Shown in pieces: positions 52,681-60,000 of a stretch of DNA of 60,000 bases (positions within the stretch are counted from its first letter, which is position 1; each line of letters begins with the position of its first letter). The notes under the pieces were generated by a model that ran no database searches, had not been told where the DNA came from, and saw nothing but the letters and a program-made list of their open reading frames with translations. The translations under genes were made by a program, and so were the position numbers. This stretch comes from Lytechinus pictus (lineage: Eukaryota), in NCBI RefSeq assembly GCF_037042905.1, contig NC_087245.1:28274001-28334000 (forward strand), in the 5' to 3' direction.

Positions 52681-52919
52681 TATCTAAGGTAGATGTAAAG
52701 TTACTAATGAATTTTCAATCAAATTGTTATTAAAATGTTTTATTTAAAAAGTAAATGGCAGGATACACAAAAACAAAAATGTCATCGGACCAACGGACAA
52801 ACATCAGAGGCATTAATGTCCTAAACAAGAAATAAAAGAAGCATGAAAATAAATGAAGGACGTCCTGGACTTGGTATGAATTTAAAAAAAGATGAATGTT
52901 TTTAATAAGATGTATATAC

Positions 52920-52995
52920 CTGCAACTGAAGGAATACGTGTCTGTTAAGATGTTACAAGTTCCTCCATTGCGACAGTAGCCAACTGGACATACCT
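52920..52995 (-). CDS. EGF-like domain, first half
   Basis: (E)VCPVGYCRNGGTCNILTDTYSFSC; phase 1 to 2. Confidence 0.87.
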
Positions 52996-53266
52996 CTGCA
53001 TTGAAACAAAATGAAAGAACCACAAACACAGTCGTCACGAGGTATGATCAAATCTGTAATAAAGTGGATGTAAGTTTGGCCCTACCCTCCCCCTTAAAGC
53101 TATTCATTGTAATTTTTCAATATTTTTATTGAATTTTATTGCTCATTTGCACCCTCATAAAAGAGTGTGTCATGAAAAACCACAATTTGGGGGAAAGATG
53201 TTAATATTTATGTGTAAAAGTCACAATATAAATGTCTAAATATAAATTTTCAGGTGTATAACTTAC

Positions 53267-53492
53267 CAACAGTTTCACCTATGCCTCCAGTCAACATTAG
53301 GAAAAGATCAGTTTGAGCAAGCTCCCTTGTCGCTTCCTGAACGGTTGCGTTGAAGGCAGTTTCTATGTCGTTTAAGTTAACTTGGGTGAAGCGATCAAAT
53401 GTAAGAGTATATGGGACTATGATGCTTCCTTCTTGAAGTGGCAGGAGACGTGCCATTCGGAAAAAACTCATACTCCCAAATGTAGCAGTAAA
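53267..53492 (-). CDS. SEA-like domain 2, second exon
   Basis: FTATFGSMSFF...LQEGSIIVPYTLTF; GSIIV motif; CAG acceptor and GTAAG donor. Confidence 0.8.
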
Positions 53493-54302
53493 CTGAGATA
53501 ACAAAACGTTGGATTTAAAAGTTTCAATCCACGGATGATCGTGACATTCCTGCTAAAAATGTACTCCTTGTGATGATTTTCGGATGATAATAATAGTAAT
53601 TATATTTTGATAATAATAATAATTATTATTTTGTTTGTTGGATATGGAAATGAAATGAAATATGATAATCATGAATTACACATAACCATAGTGGTAGTAG
53701 CAAAAATCATCTTTTATCAACGTACTTTTAAAATTTCATATAGGTCTAATGATCTTCGCACACTTTGATCTTGTTCCCTTATATCTAATCAGATCACTAA
53801 TCAGGTCATTAGCAATCATAAATGAGCCAAGATTGAAGTTAATCCCTACCATTGATAACAATTATGCTAATATGGTAATGAGATCTTGGGTAGATATTAA
53901 GTAACTGATGAATATTAAATTGATTATTATTTTGTTGACAATAATGAGAGTTTTCATTATATTTACCATATTACTTCATACTTTCATCATCAGCAGCAGC
54001 ATCATGAGTAAGGTAATCGTTATTATCATCATTAGTATCTTCATATGACTTATACAACCTTGGCACGACACATTATATTAATAGCCATATCATTATAATA
54101 TGCAATTTAAATATACTTAACCTTTAACATACAACTCTAATATCTCATTCAATATAAGAAAGCATAGATACAACTTTTTTGGATATTTGAATTAATCTGG
54201 AAGACCTAATAAAAGTATAGACCTTATAATGGGAAGAGAATATGCAGCATAATTTTTTTTTAACAAGTGCAAACCTAGTTACGAAGAATGCGTATAGCAT
54301 TT

Positions 54303-54447
54303 TCATTTATTTGAATGCAGGATAAAAGAGCATTGCCGATTAAATGCGTTGGTCATGGACACAGGTGCCGCGGCCGGGGATCGAACCCCGTACCTTCCAT
54401 GTATAGTCAGGCGCCTTGGAGTCTTAGACCACTCGGCCGCGGCACCT
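54303..54447 (-). mobile_element. tRNA-derived SINE fragment
   Basis: GCCGCGGCCGAGTGGTCTAAG...GGGGTTCGATCCCCGGCCGCGGCAC on the minus strand. Confidence 0.65.
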
Positions 54448-54876
54448 GCACAGATAATGATATTATCCATACGATGGCTGACATTCATTCAACGATATCA
54501 ATTATATACAAATAATAAACGAATGAATGAGAAATGCAATTTTGTCGATGTTCTAAAAAAAAATCAAGAGTATTTCTATGTCAGATTTCATTTCGAAAAT
54601 TAAAATATGGATTTTCATTTTCATCATGGGCAGAAATCCCAGGGGGACAGGGGGGACACCCCCTACCCAAAATAGTAGGAGGACACAATATCAAATGTCC
54701 CCCCTACTATTTTCGGTCTTTTATGATGGAAAGAAAATAATTGAAATAAAACATGTATTTATAGGACGAGATGACCTTACATATTGGGTGGTAACTTTTT
54801 TTTGCTTGTCAAACTTTCCAGCCCCTGGTCTTTCTACCTTTGCAGACAGATTTCCGCCCTTGATTTTCATACTCAC

Positions 54877-55010
54877 ATAAGTATAGATTCTCTCCAGTAA
54901 ACTTTGGTAACTTTGGCTGTTGGGATCTGAGCAGCATGATGCAAAGTCAACGCCAGCAATAGATGGTAGTATACTCCTGAGAGTGAACTCACCCCGGAAT
55001 TCCCTCACGT
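54877..55010 (-). CDS. SEA-like domain 2, first exon
   Basis: (D)VREFRGEFTLRS...FASCCSDPNSQSYQSLLERIYTY (F...DP.S..Y..L SEA-type pattern); GTGAGT donor. Confidence 0.8.
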
Positions 55011-55592
55011 CTACAAAATATCAAATCATGCAAGAGTATCAGGACGATCGACGCCAGGGAATTTCGAATGGAGGAGCAAGATGATCTAACATGGGAAGTT
55101 ATTTTTTTCTTGATTGCACAGAAGAGTTTATAAAGAGATATTCGACCCGGTGTATTCTTTTGATAACGTTTTCCCCCTCTTTTTGTTATCGTATTCTGCT
55201 CTTTTCCTGCACCAAACCTTGAAGAAAAAAAATCCTGATCGACTACCTCTGTAGCTTCTCCCTTAAAACATGTAAACGTCTACGTAATATGTTAAATAAA
55301 TAAATAGGTTTCAATCGATTTAACCAATGCAACAAGACAAATAAACGAATCGTGAAAAGAATTCATGCAAAGTTGTCGATGGGAGCAGAAAATATGTTTT
55401 CTTAATGCCACAAAAATATCCAAACAATATCTTATGTCAAGGTTTGATTTATTATGTAATAGTTTGTCCCCCCCCCCCCCCCCTATTCAAAACTTGGAAA
55501 GGTGAGAGAAGGCCTCATATCAACCATTTTATCATGCGATTAATTAGATGAAATTCATACGCTGTAAAAACTGCGGTGTTTAAACTGACACC

Positions 55593-55752
55593 AGGGCCCT
55601 GTAACCCAAAGATTAACGATTAATCGCTAAATGAAACGGCTTATCAAGATCATCGTTGCATGTGCATTTTGTTTCAGTAGACTGACGAAGATCCAATGAT
55701 ATTTGTTCTTTCAAAATAGCGATTGATCGCTAACCTTTGTGTTACGGGGCCC
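55593..55752. mobile_element. Small palindromic MITE
   Basis: GGGCCCTGTAACCCAAAGATTAACGATTAATCGCTA ... TAGCGATTGATCGCTAACCTTTGTGTTACGGGGCCC. Confidence 0.6.
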
Positions 55753-56003
55753 GGTTGTTGTCCCTAGAGGATTACACCCTAAAGTGTTAAAATTACACCC
55801 TAGAGATTGAGCATAACACCAATGAGTATAAAGTAGTATCCAAATGTGCCGTAATGACACCTTAGGAGTTGAACGATCCCAAATTTAACACGGGATTAAA
55901 CTGACTGGTGTGGACTATGTACACTAATAGACACCACATTTCTTGTTGTGTGGTGATCACGTTACCTCTAACTACCACGTTGTAAGATCCAAGATAAACT
56001 TAC

Positions 56004-56235
56004 CCAGATCAAAGCTTTCTGGTAAAATAACATTTCCACTGTCAAAGCTAACTCGGTTCTCCAGTGCATTGTAAAATATATCCTCGATGTCCCCTTTATT
56101 GTAGTGAGAATCCGGAGCGAAGTAAAGTGTAAAGCTAGCACGGAGGTTGCTGTCCGAGACGATCACTGAGCTTGACACCTCAACATCTACAAAATCTTCA
56201 GGAGCAAGATTTGTTGTCCGAAATAATGACACCAG
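56004..56235 (-). CDS. SEA-like domain 1, second exon
   Basis: LVSLFRTTN...ASFTLYF...DIEDIFYNAL...ILPESFDL; phase 0 to 1. Confidence 0.78.
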
Positions 56236-56627
56236 CTGTAAATGTATAGAATCATATATTATTCAGTTTTGTCCAAAGGAACATTGGAGTTGTACTTGAT
56301 ATTAGGTGATTCAGATTTTTACAACCGTACGCATGTACATACATATTTTCTATCACACCCTCACACACACACACAGGAAGAGGAATGTATATATTAGCTA
56401 AAATACAAAGCAGATGCAGACTAATGGTTTATTTTACTATCATATTAAGCTCTTCGTAAATTTTCTGCCCGAATTTTTTTTTAGCGTTTCCTTTTGAAGA
56501 AAAGGTTTCTCTGGGATGTTAACTATCAAATACAATATGTAATGTAATCCCAATTTAGTCTTAAATAGGTTTGATTCTATATATGCATATTTATTTCCCT
56601 TTTTAAGTAAAAGAAAACGAATCTTAC

Positions 56628-56725
56628 ATCTGCTTGCAGTGTTTCCTCTGCTGTCGGTTGATCGGTAAAGACTCCATTCCCTCGGATCTGATCAAGTGTC
56701 ACTGAGCCTCTGATAGTTATCAAAT
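56628..56725 (-). CDS. SEA-like domain 1, first exon
   Basis: (D)LITIRGSVTLDQIRGNGVFTDQPTAEETLQAD; phase 1 to 0. Confidence 0.72.
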
Positions 56726-57324
56726 CTGAAATCATCAGAACAAATAAAAGAATTACGACTCTCTCGTGGACAGATGTGACCATATTTAAAATCAACAATC
56801 ATTTTCTCAATTGCGCAAAGTTGATGGAAAAAAGTTCCATATTGTCGCTTTTAAAAGCTCAACTGCGATACAAATTTTATACCAAAGTCTTAACAGTTAG
56901 CGCCATTTATAATACATATTACTTATCAGCCTCATGAAATGATGTTCATTGAGTCAAACAAGACGGGTGTGTCATATTATTTTAACACCTATTTGAGGGG
57001 GTTGTCACAATAAAAGGTGAAGGCTTGGGAACCGGCAGGGTTGGCATAATACATGATGTTCGTAAAAGGTTGCAAGAAAGTTCTTAAACAGTTTTCCTTT
57101 TCAGAAACAGTACTAGTATTTGTTGTCGCAGAGAAATTGTGAACATTTTGCCACTAACAATTCCTAGCGATTGAAAATGATTGGAAGACAATGTCGCTGA
57201 GGATATTTTCATTCCTGTATGCATGTTTAACATTGATGACATAACATTTCCTAGAGTGTGCAGAGCTAGAATGTCAGTTTCATAATTAAAAGCATGACGA
57301 CCAATCAAAGCAGCATGAACGAAC

Positions 57325-57585
57325 CTGCTGTCTGGACGGTGACGGTGAATGGACATGGATTCGCTGCTTCATTTCCAGATGGATCTTTGGCCGAGTAAAC
57401 TACCTGGGTCGTCTGACCAGTTGTGAAGAGCGAGCCTGATGCTGGGTTACTAAAGACGGTGACTGTCCCGGAGTTATCTGTGGCTGTCGCCTCCTCTGTC
57501 CAGGAAACTGGAATCTGACTCGTTTGTGATCGGGCGTAAGCAATTATGTCATCAGGACAACTGGTGATAGTTGGTGGCTCAGGGT
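57325..57585 (-). CDS. HYR domain exon
   Basis: DPEPPTITSCPDDI...VSWTEEATATDNSG...YSAKDPSGN...CPFTVTV; 261 nt, phase 1-1. Confidence 0.88.
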
Positions 57586-58104
57586 CTTAGAATATAAATT
57601 TAGATGAAAATATATAAAACTAACTAATGCTTTTGGAATTTATCACTTCTGTTGTTATCTCTTGTGCAGTCCCGCCCGATGAAAACACAAAAGCGATCAA
57701 CTTTTCTGGGGGAAAAAATATTGATCTCACATTTTTATGTTGACATATTGATTAAACTCCCATTCCACAGAGAGCAAGAGCGATGCGAGACCTCTGAAAG
57801 GCCATGGAACTTGCTTGATCTTACAATGGTCTTTCAATGACCCCTCAATGATCGTTGAAGTCTTACACGATTCTGTACCGATCTTTCAATGGCCTTCGTT
57901 GTTTTCATGGAATCCAAAACTTTTGAAATGGCTCAAAACAGTATTTCACCTGTCTTTCAGGAAAAAGGTCTTTCAGCGGTGTCTTATTGAGCTTTCAAAG
58001 GTCTTTTTTGACTTTTCATAATCTTTCAACAATCTCTCAAAGTTTTGCAGAGATCACTAAAAGACTGGCATGGGATATCCTTAAAAGACCAAACTAGGTC
58101 CATG

Positions 58105-58390
58105 GAACATCGATTCGGCGCCCCTTAGTAAAACATCAATTCGTGCCCAAATGTCGAACATATAAATTCGACCCCCTAAGTAAAACATCAACTCGACACC
58201 CTAAGGTCAAACATCGATTCGGCGCCTCCATAGGTTGAAGATCAATTCGGCGTTCCATATGTCGAACATCGATTCGGCGCCCCTAAGTAAAACAAATTCG
58301 GTCCCCCTTCCATGTCCAAAATCAATTCGGCGCCCTTAGGTAAAACATCAGTTTGGCGCCCCTAGGTCGAACATCAATTCGACGCCCCCT
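58105..58390. repeat. ~37-bp minisatellite
   Basis: Recurrent AACATCGATTCGGCGCCCCTAAGT variants. Confidence 0.85.
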
Positions 58391-58690
58391 TCCCTTTCCT
58401 TCCCCTTTTTTATCTTTCTCCTCTTCAATTTCCCTCCTTTTCTCCCCTTTTCTTTTCCTCTCTTTTTTACTTATTTTTCTGCACCCCCTTTTCGTCTACT
58501 GGGGGGTGGGGGGGGGGGGGGGCCTCGAAAGCATCCCCCCCCCGAATACGCGCATGCGGCATTCCCCAGAGAATTTCCATTAGCTTTGTGACTGCTGAGA
58601 GACCTCGCCAATATTCTGTCTTAGTACAGGTTGGTTCTTTACATTTTGAGACCTATTTCTTACAGACGTACACGGATTATCTGTCTGGTA

Positions 58691-58853
58691 CAGGGGCCGC
58701 GGAAGCGGGGGGGGGGGGGGGACCTGGGGGGGCTTCAGCCCCCCACTTTTTTTTCCAAAACCATGTACAAAAACGCAAAAATTACTATACGATTGTGATT
58801 TTTTGCATGGTCAGCCCCCCCCCCCCACTTTGAAAACCGTTCCGCGGCCCCTG
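58691..58853. mobile_element. TA-flanked MITE
   Basis: TA-CAGGGGCCGCGGAA ... TTCCGCGGCCCCTG-TA. Confidence 0.7.
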
Positions 58854-59185
58854 TATATCATACTGTTTGAACTGAAATTCATTGAGAGTTAATTTTCTAT
58901 AAAGTTCGAGTGAAACACCAAAATTCAAATAGTTAGAATCAATTCTAGCATGTCTTGAGTGAAAATATGTATTTCAAAACAAAACCAATTACAATTCACT
59001 ATATGTATTGTACCCTGTTTTTTAAGAGATGTGGAAAAATGGAATTTGAATTTGAACTCTTCCTTTTTGTCTTTGTAATAATCCCTCGAGAGCTATAGAA
59101 CTAACGCATCCACACCCACATGCGCACTTACAGGCACACAACCCACGCACCCTCTCACACACACCCACACACAAATTCAACTGAC

Positions 59186-59437
59186 CGTTCACTTCGACCT
59201 GAAACTCGCATGTTGCTACATTGCCTCTGCTGTCTGTGGCCCTGTATTGGATGACATATATTCCTATGGCTAGAACATCACCAGGGTTGATGTCTGATTG
59301 CACAGCGAGGGGACCGTCTGCCGTATCGGTTGCCGTGATGTCATCCCAGGTGACAGCGGCGGAAGCGGCTCCAGTCGGGGTCGAGAAAACCAGTGAACCG
59401 TTTGGACAGTTTAAGATTTCAGGAACCTCCGAATCGA
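59186..59437 (-). CDS. HYR domain exon (gene continues beyond the window)
   Basis: DSEVPEILNCP...VTWDDITATDTADG...YRATDSRGNVATCEFQVEVN; 252 nt, phase 1-1. Confidence 0.9.
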
Positions 59438-60000
59438 CTGTGAATGAAAATAATCGTTTAATGTAATCACTGTAACTATATTACCAAGGAGTTTTAACCC
59501 TTTTATCTAATCTTTTTTTTTTGATGGATGGGGGACTTCAATTTGTTGTATTTGAAATGTGATCTGTCTAGGGAAATATATTGTTGAAAGAATCAAATAA
59601 ATAAATAGGATATTGAACATGTTTGAACGTGAAAAGACAGATGTCACCATTTTATTTTCATCTCTAGGAATAGCCTATATATTCTTTCAAATTACTGAAT
59701 ATTGTTTTGGGACTTTTTCATGCATAAAGGAAACTTAACACAAACTCGACACTTTGGTGGGATGGGGCATGGACCAATTACTCTGGGATTTGGTCACAAT
59801 GTACTTCTTATTGCGGATCATCACCAACATGCAGACAAAGTGCCCACCAGCTAATCCAAATTGAGTTAAAGAATTTTAAGTTTATCATCAATTTGGTCAT
59901 TTACATTATTATGTTTGAGAATAAATTCCTACATACCATCCCTGCAATCAAATGATAAAAGTAATATATAGTGCACATATAGTGTGTCCGCCCTCCTCGC

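Noticed and set aside
58105..58390. CRISPR-like repeat, or relation to the foldback terminus (ATTCGGCGCC)
   Set aside because: Contiguous degenerate minisatellite without spacers; the shared 10-mer is too short to infer homology

Overview
AT-rich eukaryotic (metazoan) genomic DNA with spliceosomal introns. HYR-domain exons and the repeat types suggest an echinoderm such as a sea urchin (inference). Contents: (1) two different R4/Dong-type RLE non-LTR retrotransposons head-to-tail inside one (TAA)n microsatellite (about 8.5-16.6 kb). The first has an uninterrupted reading frame and tandemly repeated N-terminal Myb-like modules; the second is 5'-truncated and frameshifted. (2) A ~9.5-kb DINE-1/HINE-like non-autonomous Helentron with internal ~1.4-1.6-kb repeats (20.5-30.1 kb). 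Nested in it is a 4.73-kb almost perfect palindromic foldback element with a 6-bp target-site duplication. (3) A 4-coding-exon SNRNP25 gene (+) whose stop codon runs into a 144-bp dimeric tandem repeat. (4) The 3' part of a convergent minus-strand gene for a HYR-HYR-SEA-SEA-EGF-TM receptor/mucin-like protein with a Pro-rich, PPxY-containing tail. (5) tRNA-derived SINEs, MITEs and micro/minisatellites. All exon and boundary calls were made by eye; no alignments or searches were run.
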